Numbered from the whole stretch's first letter, positions 27,633 to 39,042 are shown. The stretch: 51,337 nt of DNA, filler included, from Catajapyx aquilonaris (GCA_000934665.2; 2 parts of 2 records of this genome joined end to end with filler, not necessarily neighbours in it); one strand, 5' to 3'. Notes: generated by a model from the letters alone, not told the origin. A program made the numbers and translations.

Positions 27633-29086
27633 TCGGTACCTAGTCGATATATATTGTTTATAAGTCAGAAACAAATTTTTGTCAGATGAAAACTTTCATC
27701 ATTCTGCTCCAATATGCCCCACTTCAGTTAAATATTTTCTCGAAGAAGAAATATTAAAAATTTAATCGTTAATTTTTAAATAACAAAGTAGCATGAGTTC
27801 TATTATCTCAATGTATTATCCCAATGTATTTTCAAAAGTCGCTATGGGATGTGGTATAACGTGTTTAACCGTACTGGAACCTTGCTATGGTGTCATTTTG
27901 GACCGCGAGGAAAAAAAATGGATTAAAATGATCATGACGGTCAACATTTGCCATTTTTTTACAGCACATAACAGGAAGTGCAGGTTTATTTTTAATTAGC
28001 GATCATTTTAGGAATTATTCAAAAAATTATTGTATATTGTCAATACATTGAAAAGTATTATATAATAATTAATAAGATGGGATATGTTCGCAACTTGGCT
28101 TCACTCCATATGGACCCTAATGCCGACCCTACCAGCATTAGCAAAATTCATGATGCGTCACACAACCGAAATATTAATATAGCACCGCCTAAATTTATTG
28201 CTCTGAAACGTAGAAACATACGGAGGTTCCCACTCTGGAAAAATAGGCAAAAAATGCTCAATGAAGTACAGAACATGGTGTAAAATTTTCAAATGCGAAG
28301 GAGGTACTTATAGTTGACCGTAATATCGTTTTTCAAAAATGCACTCCAAATACAGCACCTTTATTTCGATTTAAATAACATTTGAACATGCAACGATTGT
28401 AATCTGTGCGTGAAAGATTGTCTCCAAAGAAGAGTGTTTGTGGTTGACCCTTCGGGGTTTCCGTATCTGACCTTTTGTTGATAAGTGTCACAAAAGTGAA
28501 TCCAGAAATGACGAGAAATGGCCATGATTACAGCCAGCTGAAATGAACTGGATCAAAACGTCACACCACGGAGCTTGTCACTATTGAAATATCTGACCTT
28601 GAATCGATCACAATACGATGTCATAAATAAAACATGATGGTCAGATGGCACGGGTAATTTTCATAAGAAGCTAACGAAGATTGTTTGCAAACAATTTGCT
28701 TCAGAGTTTGTCAATTTACGCAAAATATTCTGCCAATTTCAATACACGTCAGTTATTTAGACGAGATTTTAGTACATAAAACATTGTTCAAAAACAAATG
28801 TTAATGAGTAATTTTCTAACTGATCTACAAGATTTTCTCAACAATATGAAGATTACACCAATATGAAAGAGTCAGATGCATGTATATGTAATGAGATAGC
28901 AATACAAACACGTGTGAAGGCTAAACCAAAGGTGGTATCGAGCGATAGGGGAAGCAATGGAAATGCAATATTTTACAGTATATCCAGAGGGACATTATGG
29001 TGCACGGTTTTGGCAGCGGTAGACCGTCATTTCTCAATCTCCAAAGTAGGACCAGTGCAACTTTATTCTCAACTGTAAGTTGCCAC

Positions 29087-29137
29087 ATGACTTTAACGCG
29101 TACCTTCGCGCACCCTACTACATGCATCAGAATTTAA
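29087..29137 (+). promoter_or_regulatory. In-frame upstream ORF of IR1 (MTLTRTFAHPTTCIRI*)
   Basis: ATG at 29087 lies 63 nt before the main ATG. TAA at 29135-29137 ends 12 nt before the main ATG. Confidence 0.4.
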
Positions 29138-29149
29138 GAGGCGACAAAA

Positions 29150-31036
29150 ATGCAGATCACTAGCACTTGCTGCATATTTGGCGTTTTATTTGCACTGGTG
29201 TCACGTCGCAGACACATTCATACGAAAGACTGTGAGGAAGGAACTGATCAAGCGCAGTTCATGTGGAACCTTCTGAAGAAGGATGAACTAGTGGAGTGTC
29301 CTCTGGTTGTGCATCATGATGTTGCAGGGTCGATGCCAGGACATGTAACGACTCTGTTGACAAACATATCTCTTCTTGGACGACCTGTGCTGGTCTCCAA
29401 GTCGAGTTCGGCCAGCAGCTCTTGGACCTGCGATACTGTGGAGTCAACTTCACAAACCAGTTTAGAACTGGACCCAAAGGAGAAGATGGCCAAGTGTGCA
29501 GTGCATCGGGTCGTGGCATGTTCGTCCAATTATGAAGATTTTGTGGAGGAGATCATGGACGAACAAGAGGCCATTATGGTGGTGAAAAGCACGACGGACA
29601 AATTTGTGTTGTGGATGAGGGAGGACATGGACATCAACGTCCTTCTGGAGAAGCCACTGTCGAAAATCAAATACAAGGTGATGATCAATTCGGTTCAAAA
29701 CAAATCACTGCTGGCCCATTCCGTGTGCTACTTCTGCAACGAAGGGAAGCCAACTGTAGAGTCGATAATGGTACCGTACGTTGAACATGTCGAAGGACAA
29801 ATATTTAAGGACACAACCGACAACTTTCACGGGAAATCTCTGAAATCCATATCCCATGTTGAGGAGAGTAATTTGGAGTGCAATGCAACATCCACATCCG
29901 TTCAGTTGTGTTTCCTGGGCACTGCACTAAACTTCACTTGGAACTTCTCTAGGGTCAATTTATCTTCATTGTTAAGTAACTTTTCTGCAATAGGTGAAGT
30001 TGTTGATGATATTCTACAAGGGAGATTAAATTTCTTTGCAGAATTTCCAGTACTTGATTACATATATGCATTGGGTGACGTAATAGCCCCATATTCGAGT
30101 AGTATCAAATTGACATTCCTTGCTCGACATCCACTCGAGAAGAGAACTGCATTTATTGTCCTTTTGCCCTTCTCACTCGGGATGTGGGGTTTGATTGCTT
30201 TTTTATTGTTCGTTTCATGTATCACTATAGTCTTGCTTTCGAATTCACATTATCAAGAGCTATTCCAGAATAAGGCCAGTTACATTGGATCATTTAATTC
30301 GTACATGTACTACCTTGTGAAAGTAACTTTACAACAGGGCACACCATTTCCTGAACGAGACGCATTGAAGGCCTTTGCAATATTCTGGGTTTATTTTTCC
30401 ATCGTCATTACCACAGCCTACCTTTCCAAACTGTACAATCTTCTGATTTTCCCCCGGAGAGAGGATGTCCCTGATACTTTCGAGAAATTGCTGCTTTCTC
30501 ATTTCCACATAATAATGTCAAAGTACACTTACGACCTAGTACAGGGTAGTATTGATCTGGATGAGAATGACAATTTAAAACTTATATTTAACAGAATAGA
30601 AACTGTAACAAATTTCCGTGAGTGTAGCCAGAAGGTAGTCACTGAAGACAGGGTCTGTTTTAACACCAACTGGTGGTTGCAGTTTTTAATGAATAGTTTG
30701 GATGTGTATGGCCAGGACTTGGCTTTCATTTCCCACGACAACGCAGCCATTGTGTATCACGCATATATCCTTCCAAAAGGAATGGTTTATTCTGAGAACT
30801 GGAACTACTGGTCGCACATCTTCTACAGCATTGGATTGAACGAGAAAAAAGAGAGACTTCTGGAACACAGGAGATTGCTGGATTCTGCCAAAGCCAGAAG
30901 AAGGGACCAAATTGCAGAAAGTGACGAAGGAAGGGTGGTGTTTTCACTTCGGAAGTTACAGAGTCTTTTTTATGTTTTGTTCATTGGGTTGTGTCTTGCG
31001 ATTGCAGTCTTTTTTAAAGAAATCATTTTTCACTAA
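29150..31036 (+). CDS. Divergent ionotropic receptor (variant iGluR chemoreceptor), copy 1 (IR1), intronless, 628 aa
   Basis: Single long ORF with iGluR/IR topology: N-terminal hydrophobic leader, S1 end (DDILQGR...DVIAPY), M1 (LLPFSLGMWGLIAFLLF), pore loop (VKVTLQQG), M3 (FWVYFSIVITTAYLSKLYNLL, equivalent to SYTANLAAFL), S2, and M4 (LRKLQSLFYVLFIGLCLAIAVFFKEI). Paralogous to the two ORFs downstream. Confidence 0.92.
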   Translation: MQITSTCCIFGVLFALVSRRRHIHTKDCEEGTDQAQFMWNLLKKDELVECPLVVHHDVAGSMPGHVTTLLTNISLLGRPVLVSKSSSASSSWTCDTVESTSQTSLELDPKEKMAKCAVHRVVACSSNYEDFVEEIMDEQEAIMVVKSTTDKFVLWMREDMDINVLLEKPLSKIKYKVMINSVQNKSLLAHSVCYFCNEGKPTVESIMVPYVEHVEGQIFKDTTDNFHGKSLKSISHVEESNLECNATSTSVQLCFLGTALNFTWNFSRVNLSSLLSNFSAIGEVVDDILQGRLNFFAEFPVLDYIYALGDVIAPYSSSIKLTFLARHPLEKRTAFIVLLPFSLGMWGLIAFLLFVSCITIVLLSNSHYQELFQNKASYIGSFNSYMYYLVKVTLQQGTPFPERDALKAFAIFWVYFSIVITTAYLSKLYNLLIFPRREDVPDTFEKLLLSHFHIIMSKYTYDLVQGSIDLDENDNLKLIFNRIETVTNFRECSQKVVTEDRVCFNTNWWLQFLMNSLDVYGQDLAFISHDNAAIVYHAYILPKGMVYSENWNYWSHIFYSIGLNEKKERLLEHRRLLDSAKARRRDQIAESDEGRVVFSLRKLQSLFYVLFIGLCLAIAVFFKEIIFH

Positions 31037-31366
31037 CTGTATCACTTCTTTTTCCATACGATTTGCGATATTATTATACTGGGAACCGCTTGGAACCGCT
31101 TGTGTATGTGAAAATTAGTGTTAATACTCAATTTTGTAGTGGTAATACATCCCGCATCGTCGTAATAAACGGATTTCCTCCCAACTTGAAATTGATCAAA
31201 TTATCGTTTGGAATGTATAAATTATTGCAATTTTAAGTCACTTCTCAATTTTTATAGTACTGTAATGTAATTATATGGTTGCACAGTCATGTATTGCACA
31301 AACTATAAAAGGGTACAAGAGCGATAATCTCCTTGCTTATAGTGTTGTGTATGAATGTAGTTTGTA

Positions 31367-31721
31367 GGGGGAGGTGTGGTGGCCGTGATGGTAACGTCAC
31401 GGCTTGCTGAGTGAAAGGCCCCAGGTTCGATCCCCGCCTGGGGAACTTTCCTTTCACCTGCGTCGGGAGGGTCTCTGACCTGCACCAAGGAGGTGTCTGG
31501 CAACCTAACCTCCTGGGAGACAGCACATGACCCATTTGTAGACATTGCACTTGCACCTATGTTCCCTCCCCAATAAATCCCTATCCTTACCCCATGTCCT
31601 TTCGTCCTTGCACCGGAGTTGGAAGAAAAATATAGAAAATCGAACGAAAAATGGTGGTGTCCCACTCCCCTATAAGGGCCTATGGCCCTATAACGGGGTA
31701 TACGTATATATAAAAAAATGT
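31367..31721 (+). mobile_element. tRNA-derived SINE in the IR1 3' flank
   Basis: A-box-like ggtggccgtgatggt and B-box ggttcgatccc. 13-bp TSD aatgtagtttgta (31354-31366 and 31722-31734). Empty site in the IR2 and IR3 flanks. Confidence 0.85.
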
Positions 31722-33673
31722 AATGTAGTTTGTATGCAATAAAACGAAACCCAACATAATACGATGTAATCATGTACCAAATTAATATCATTAATAAAAG
31801 CATTCTCAAAATATTTTCGGGCCGGTACGTCATGTGAATGTTACCTGGCCAACACCGTCCGGCAAAGAGTGAAACAAAATCTATCTGTGGCTGCTCAAAA
31901 AAAAAGAAAAAAAAAGTTAACCTTCCTCTACTGACTGAGCCGTAGACCTTAGAGCGCTGTAAGGTTTATAGACTGAGCCTCTACAGCTATTTGGAAAATG
32001 TTTTCACACACTAAAACGTGTTAAAATTCGCACAGAAAACGGCGCACTGCCACGTGTCAGCGGACACATTTTAAACGTGTCATTCTAACTGGCACACTTG
32101 TCTGTGCTGTCAAGGAGTAACACTCTAAATCGTGTCGTCTGACACGTTTTAGCGTGCCATCCAGACTGATACGCTTATCCCTGCCGCTTTCCGTACAAAA
32201 CACTGTGTGTCAGCTGACACGCATAAGATATACCAAGCGACACAGCAATCTTTCAATCATTACAGGCTTCGAGGTGACACATTTAATTGCTCCAGTGCAT
32301 TTCTCCTGGTTGAACATGGGCATGTCTCGGAATTTCTGGATTGATCGTGTTATGTGTATGAGATGATGCTATGGCAACAGTGGCAGTATAGAATCGAAAT
32401 CGACAATTGAATATATATCGTACTGAATATGATATCATCTGAATCCTAATTTTAATTTAAAATTGTTAAATCTCGGTCCAAATTTGGAATAATTCGAAAC
32501 GCTATAATATTGCTTTTCGAGCCTTTCGATAGGAACACTATCAGGAAATAATTATGTTGTCATGCACAACATTTATTTCAATGGATAAAGTTTTAGGCAG
32601 ATATCTGGGATCCACAAATGACCGAATGATCCGATGATCCGAATAACACGCCGAAAGTTTTTTTTTGTTGCGCTGTGTTATCAGTAAATTCTAATTAAGG
32701 GACACTATCCAAGTGTCACTCGCCGATTTTCTTGAAATTCGGTGCATTGGTAGCCCACCCCAAGGGATGAAAAACGCACCTAAAGTAATCTGCTCAAAAT
32801 GATCCTGTGACCCTTTTTTGAGGGGGCCAAAGGTCAACTCGTAAAATTCAAACATCACCGATTTTCATGAAATTCGGTGCATCGGTTGGATTTATAAAGA
32901 ATGACATTTTCTCAGGACATATTTATGTCAATAAAGCAGTGTTTGACTCAAAGAAAATGATGTCAAATACTGGACAAAACGTAAAAAGAGTCATTCCATG
33001 TCAAATCATCAAATAAATAATAAGTTTTGAATTTTGATGTCATGGATTTGGCTAATTTTTGGGAGACCTGTTCCTTCCCATCTGACATGAACAAAAATAT
33101 TTTTAAATTATTTTTTTTTTTCCTGTCATCGGTTTATGAATTTTGGGATGTTCAATAATTGCAAAACCTCCCAAAAACCGCTCACCGACAAACCTTTAAA
33201 TATGATTTCCCAGAGAACCGTGTCAGATATAAGCTGGCAATAATCTCATTTTAAAGACAATGAATAGGGCTTTCATATGATATATACAGTATATGTAACA
33301 TGTATTGTTATTCAGGACACATACATTTTTCGGGACTTTTCACAATTTCTTTCTTTTTACATTTTCCAAAGATAGGTATGATTTAAAATGTTCCTAAAAT
33401 TCACACATATTGGTACACATCTACTAAAATTTCAGTGTGGGATCTCTATGCTGTCATACGAAGATGGAATTTCATTACATGTGAGGAAAATAATGATAAT
33501 TGGGTCATTCCATCTCAATTCTGTTTCTGAAAAGTTGTGGCTTGACCCCTTCCGATGTAACTGAAAAAATCAAGTAGGTAGGTATCCACACCTATTTGCG
33601 AAATCCTCAATTTGAGGCCGCTGGAGTCAAATCTCACGAAGATATAACAATGGAAAGTTCAACAATGACGTCC

Positions 33674-33897
33674 ATGTCAATCTATTTCTTGGAGAATCCC
33701 CTATTCAAAAATGCATAAACCATTCTTTACCCATGAGGGATAACTGATCAACGAATTTTCAAACGTATGGGTGCATAAGGCGGTGCACGGAATCATGCTC
33801 CCATACGTTTGAAAGTTCACTGATTAATTATCCCTCATGGGTAAAGAATGGTTTATGCATTTCTGAATAGGGGATGATCCAAGAAACAGATTGACAT
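33674..33897. repeat. Long inverted repeat (103-bp arms, 18-nt loop) inside a repeat-derived region
   Basis: 33674-33776 is the imperfect reverse complement of 33795-33897. Confidence 0.85.
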
Positions 33898-35200
33898 ACC
33901 AAAAATCAAAATCGGTCCAGTCATACCTCGAGAAATTTGAGCTCGAAAATCGGCAAAATGAGGTAATTCATATTTTCGGGATTTTTAATTTCTAGCCCTT
34001 CTTGACCAATCACAATGAAGTTATGCATGTGCATTTAGGCAAAGGTGATTTCCCTGTGTCCTAAATATCACTTTATTAAAATCATAATGTCATGAGTTAT
34101 GGCTATCGGGAATATAGAGTGATTTGGACATAAATGTGCGAATTTTGTTCGACGTCGTTTTTGCCAGTTTTTGCCAGTATTGTATAACATGCAACCATTG
34201 TAATCTGCGCATGAAAGATTGTCTCCAAAGAATAGTGTTTGTGGTTGACCCTTCGGGGCTTCCGTATCTGACCTTTTGTTGATAAGTATCACAAAAGTGA
34301 ATCCAGAAATGACGAGTAATGTCCATGATTACACCCAGTAGTACACTCCAATAAATGAGGTAATTAACCCCTAGCAGTAACTCAATCAACTGTAACATAC
34401 ACTATTGAATAACCAATCAGAAACACTCAACCAAAATGTAACAATACACTGTTGAATAACTAAATCAGAGATACTCATCACTAAATCCTTGTCTCCAGCT
34501 TTGACGAACACAATCAGCAGCGTGGTGTCAAAATAATGGAGAAGTTCAACCAATCCTAGAACCTCGTTACATCTCAAGTAAATGAGGAATCCCATTGCAA
34601 CTAAAGAGACAACGCAACATCGACACACACACACGTGTCGACATGGTGAAGTCACCAACCCAACTCTTTTGAGCTTATCCGTGAGGAAAACTCTGAACCA
34701 AAAAAAAAATATAGATAACAAATACCTTTGTACGTGACATGATCAAAAAGGGTAGTCAAAGGGAAATCATGTTACAGCTTTCATGTCCCTACGCAGCCAT
34801 TGTTTATTACGCATATATAAATATTATTTAAAAAACCATTTTCAAAATATTAAGGGTCCAGTAAGTCACGTGATGGTTACAGTAATAAATGACGCTTATT
34901 TCGATCATTCATACATTTACCTTATTTAATGCTACAGTCACTTTCAAAAAAAAAAAAAAAAAANGGGTCCAGTAAGTCACGTGATGGTTACAGTAATAAA
35001 TGACGCTTATTTCGATCATTCATACATTTACCTTATTTAATGCTACAGTCACTTTCAAAAAAAAAAAAAAAAAACAATCTTGCTTATGTATGAGCATATA
35101 TCGCAATTTGATACAGGGTTGCGATAAAGGTTACCATTGTGCTAATTATATTTAGTTATGTACTCGGTGGCTCTCTGAAGGTTATTAAATAAAACCATAA

Positions 35201-35505
35201 CCGAAGCAGTTTGGAGTAGGGGATATGGTGTCCGATTGCTAATCGGGAGGTCCTGGGATCAAATCCCGGGGTCGGCAACTCTGACAGTGGTATTCTGTGG
35301 TTTCCCATGGTCCTTCCAGGAAAATTCCGGAGTTGCTTCCGTAATTAATAGGCCACAGCCGCTTCCTTTCGTCCCTATGCTATCCCAAAGAGCACAGTAA
35401 AGTGAAAAAAGCAAAGAGTTCCAGGCAAAACAAACTTCCCCCCAAAAGAGCCGATGGCAGATAACGGGGTATGAATTATTATTATATTATGATTATATTA
35501 TTAAT
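35201..35505 (+). mobile_element. tRNA-derived SINE, degenerate
   Basis: tRNA-like head (tggagtagggg...gggatcaaatccc) and an AT-repeat tail near 35475-35505. Ends are approximate and no clear TSD was found. Confidence 0.55.
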
Positions 35506-36264
35506 ACCCGACTGTCTTGGAAACTCCTTCCGCAGCGACATCCGACGGTAAATTGAATAAGTAAAGGAGCCACCAAGGACGTGGCGCCCTACGCAGCGGA
35601 ATTGGGAATTCGTGGTCGTAGGTTTTTTTGAGTTTACCAAGTCGCTCGTCACTTTTTCCAAAAAAGAAAAGTGGTTTGTAAGTACAGAAAACGTGGGCCA
35701 AATTTTGAAACAACTCCCAACGCTGTAGGCCGTACGGTGCGGAAGGATTTCCTATTACAGTCGGGTATTAATAATGTTGAAAATATCATATTCAGGATAA
35801 CTCTATTCAATTGTCGATTATTCGATTGCATATTACCTTTCGTTGATAAGTGTCACAAAAGTGAATACAGAAATGACGAGAAATGCCCATGATTATAGCC
35901 AGCTGAAATGCACTGGATTGATCCTCCTAGTGGAATAAATGTCCATTTGGCGTCCCATACGTGCGCCTGCCTTGTTTACTTACTACCCTTTTTTCACTGA
36001 AGGAAAAGTTTTTGCTCTTATTTTTAGTGTAATAATATTCAAGTGTCGATTATGCGATTGTATACTTCCACCGTTGCCATAGCATCGTCTCATACACATA
36101 ACACAGTCAATACAGAAATTCCGAGAAATGACCATTACTACAACCAGCAGAAATGCACTGCAGCAGAATGTCACACCTCGGAGCTTGTCACGATTGAAAG
36201 ATCTGGCCTTGATTCGATCTCACTACCATTCCATAAATAAAGCTTAAAGGTCTCTGGCATTACC

Positions 36265-36839
36265 GCTTCAACCATTCCTTGGTTCTCACACTTCTTGCCA
36301 GACACATCAAAATTGATCTATGCCATCGACGATTACAAATCAGACAAAATATGAAAACGTTAAATCGGGCGGGAGATACATTACGAACAATATGGTCAAG
36401 TAATCATCCCTACACCTTCACTCATTCGTCAGCTACAATGGTTTAAAAGTCACTAAAAATGGCGGATACGTTTTCCAATATGGCGTGTAGAGGTCATCTT
36501 CTCTCGGGAGGAAAGGCAGAATCTTGTACAGTATGGACGGGCAGGCTGTGGTAATGACGATGGAAAAATTAATCCAGAATATTGCATAAGCTCGCTTTGC
36601 TATTAATTTATTACAGGTTCAGCCAATTATCGCCTAATTGCATGGACTATAAACCAAAGTGGTATTAAGCGTTCGAACTTCTATATCGAGAGGCACATGG
36701 ACATTTTGGTGCAGGGTTGCTTCGATGGTAGACCGTCATTTCTCAATCTCCAAAGTAGGACCAGAGTGCAACTTCATTCAAAAGTGACTGTGGCCACATG
36801 ACTTTAAAGAGCACCCTCGCGCACCCTACTGCATCAAAA
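36265..36839 (+). promoter_or_regulatory. IR2 upstream/promoter block with TATAAA at 36648-36653 and adjacent TAATT-type motifs
   Basis: Homologous to 44739-45372. ggacTATAAAccaaagtggt is conserved, preceded by tattaattt...ccaattatcgcctaattg. Confidence 0.55.
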
Positions 36840-38723
36840 ATGCAGATCACTCTCACTTGCTGCATATGTGCAGCTTCACTTGCACTGGTGTCATGTCGCA
36901 TACAAATTTATACGAAAGACGGTGAGGAAGAAACTGAACAAGGGCAGTTCATGTGGAACCTTCTGAAGAAGGATGAACAAGTGGAGTGTCCTCTGGTTGT
37001 GCATCATGATGTTGCAGGGTCGATGCCAGGACATGTCACGACTCTGTTGACAAACATGTCTCTTCTTGGACGACCTGTGCTGGTCTCCAAGTCGAGCTCG
37101 GCCAGTAGCACATGGACCTGCGATCCTGTGGAATCACCTTCACAAACCGGTTTAGAACTAGAACCAAAAGATAAAATGGCCAAGTGTGCAGTGCATCTGG
37201 TCGTGGCATGTTCGTCCAAATTTGACGATTTTGTGGAGGAGATCTTGGTCGAACAAGAGGCCATCCTGGTGGTGAAAAGTACGACGGACAAATTTGTCTT
37301 GTGGATGTGGCAGGACACGGACTTCAACGTTCTTCTGGAGAAGCCACTGTCTAAAATCAAATACAAGGTGATGATAAGTTCGGCTCTAAACAAATCATTG
37401 CTGGCCCATTCCGTGTGCTACTTCTGCAACGAAGGGAACCCAACTGTCGAGTCCATAATGGTACCGTACGATGAACATGTCGAAGTACAAATATTTAAGG
37501 ACAATACCAACAACTTTCACAAGAAGTCTCTGAAATCCCTACACCTAGTTGAGGAGAGTCATTTGGAGTGCAATGCCACATCCAAATCCGTTCAGTTGTG
37601 TTTCCTGGGCACTGCACTAAACTTTACTTGGAACTTATCTGGGGTCGATTTAACTTCATTGTTAAGCAACTTTTCTGCAATAGGTGAAGTTGTTGATGAT
37701 ATTTTACAAGGGAGATTACATTTCTTTTCAGATACTCCAGTAATTTATGATTTATATACAATGGGTGACGTAATAGCCCCATATTCGAGTACCAAATTGA
37801 CATTCCTTGTTCGAACTCCACTCGAGAAGAGGACTGTATTTGTAGTGCTTTTGCCCTTCTCACTCGGCACGTGGTGTTTTTTTGCTTCTTCATTGTTCGT
37901 TTCATGTGTCACTTTAGTCTTGCTTTCTTATGCACATTATCAAGAGCTATTCCAGAGTAAGGTCAGTTACATTGCATCATTTAATTCGTACATGCAGTAC
38001 CTCGTGAAAGTGACTTTACAACAGGGCACACCATTTCCTGAACGAGACACATTGAAGGCTTTTGCAATATTCTGGGTTTATTTTTCCATCGTCATTACCA
38101 CTGCCTACCTTTCCAAACTGTACAATCTTCTGACTTTCCCCCCGAGGGAGGATGTCCCTGAGACTTTCGAAAAATTGCGAAATTCTCATTTCCACGTAAC
38201 AATGTCACAGTATTCTTACGACTTATTACAGGGTAGTATTGATCTGGATGAGAATGACCCTTTAAAACTTATATTTAACAGAATAGAAACTGTATCAAAT
38301 ATCCATGAGTGTGGCCCGAAGGTAGTCACTGAAGACAGGGTCTGTTTTGAGCCCAGCAAGTGGTTGCAGGCTTCAATGAATCGCTGGGATGTGTATGGCC
38401 AGGACATCGCTTTCATTTCCCACGACTACGCAGCCATTGTGTATTATACATATATCCTTCCAAAAGGAATGGTTTATTCTGAGAACTGGAACTACTGGTC
38501 GCACATCTTCTACAGCATCGGATTGAACGAGAAAAAAGAGAGACTTCTGGAACACAGGAGATTGCTGGATGCTGCCAAAGCCAGAAGAAGGAACCAAATT
38601 GCAGAAAGGGACGAAGGAAGGGTGGTGTTTTCACTACGGAAGTTACAGAGTCTTTTTTATGTTTTGTTCATTGGGTTGTGTCTTGCGATTGCAGTCTTTT
38701 TTAAAGAAATATTGTTCCACTAG
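36840..38723 (+). CDS. Divergent ionotropic receptor, copy 2 (IR2), intronless, 627 aa from the homologous ATG (641 aa from the in-frame ATG at 36798)
   Basis: Same IR motifs (LLPFSLGTW, TLQQG, ITTAYLSKLYNLL, LFYVLFIGLCLAIAVFFKEI). MQIT at 36840 aligns with the starts of copies 1 and 3. Confidence 0.92.
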   Translation: MQITLTCCICAASLALVSCRIQIYTKDGEEETEQGQFMWNLLKKDEQVECPLVVHHDVAGSMPGHVTTLLTNMSLLGRPVLVSKSSSASSTWTCDPVESPSQTGLELEPKDKMAKCAVHLVVACSSKFDDFVEEILVEQEAILVVKSTTDKFVLWMWQDTDFNVLLEKPLSKIKYKVMISSALNKSLLAHSVCYFCNEGNPTVESIMVPYDEHVEVQIFKDNTNNFHKKSLKSLHLVEESHLECNATSKSVQLCFLGTALNFTWNLSGVDLTSLLSNFSAIGEVVDDILQGRLHFFSDTPVIYDLYTMGDVIAPYSSTKLTFLVRTPLEKRTVFVVLLPFSLGTWCFFASSLFVSCVTLVLLSYAHYQELFQSKVSYIASFNSYMQYLVKVTLQQGTPFPERDTLKAFAIFWVYFSIVITTAYLSKLYNLLTFPPREDVPETFEKLRNSHFHVTMSQYSYDLLQGSIDLDENDPLKLIFNRIETVSNIHECGPKVVTEDRVCFEPSKWLQASMNRWDVYGQDIAFISHDYAAIVYYTYILPKGMVYSENWNYWSHIFYSIGLNEKKERLLEHRRLLDAAKARRRNQIAERDEGRVVFSLRKLQSLFYVLFIGLCLAIAVFFKEILFH

Positions 38724-39042
38724 CTGTATCCTTCTTTTTCCATACGATTTACGATATTATTATACTGGGAACCGCTTGGAACCACTTGTGTATGTGAAAA
38801 TTCGTATTAATACTCAATTTTGTCGCTGTACATTGCGCCTCGCCGTAATAAACGGATTTCCTCCCCACTGGGAATTGATCAAATGATCGTTTGGAATGTA
38901 TGAATTATTATAAGTCACATCTCAATTTTTAAATTACTGTAATTTATATGGTTGCACTGTCATGTATTGCACTAAGCTTTAAAGGGGTACAAGAGGGATA
39001 ATCTCCTTGCTATAGTGTTATGTATTAATGTAGTTTGAATGC

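Noticed and set aside
34854..35074. Exact 110-bp tandem duplication
   Set aside because: Two identical copies flank a single N next to a poly-A run, which is typical of an unmerged contig-overlap artefact.
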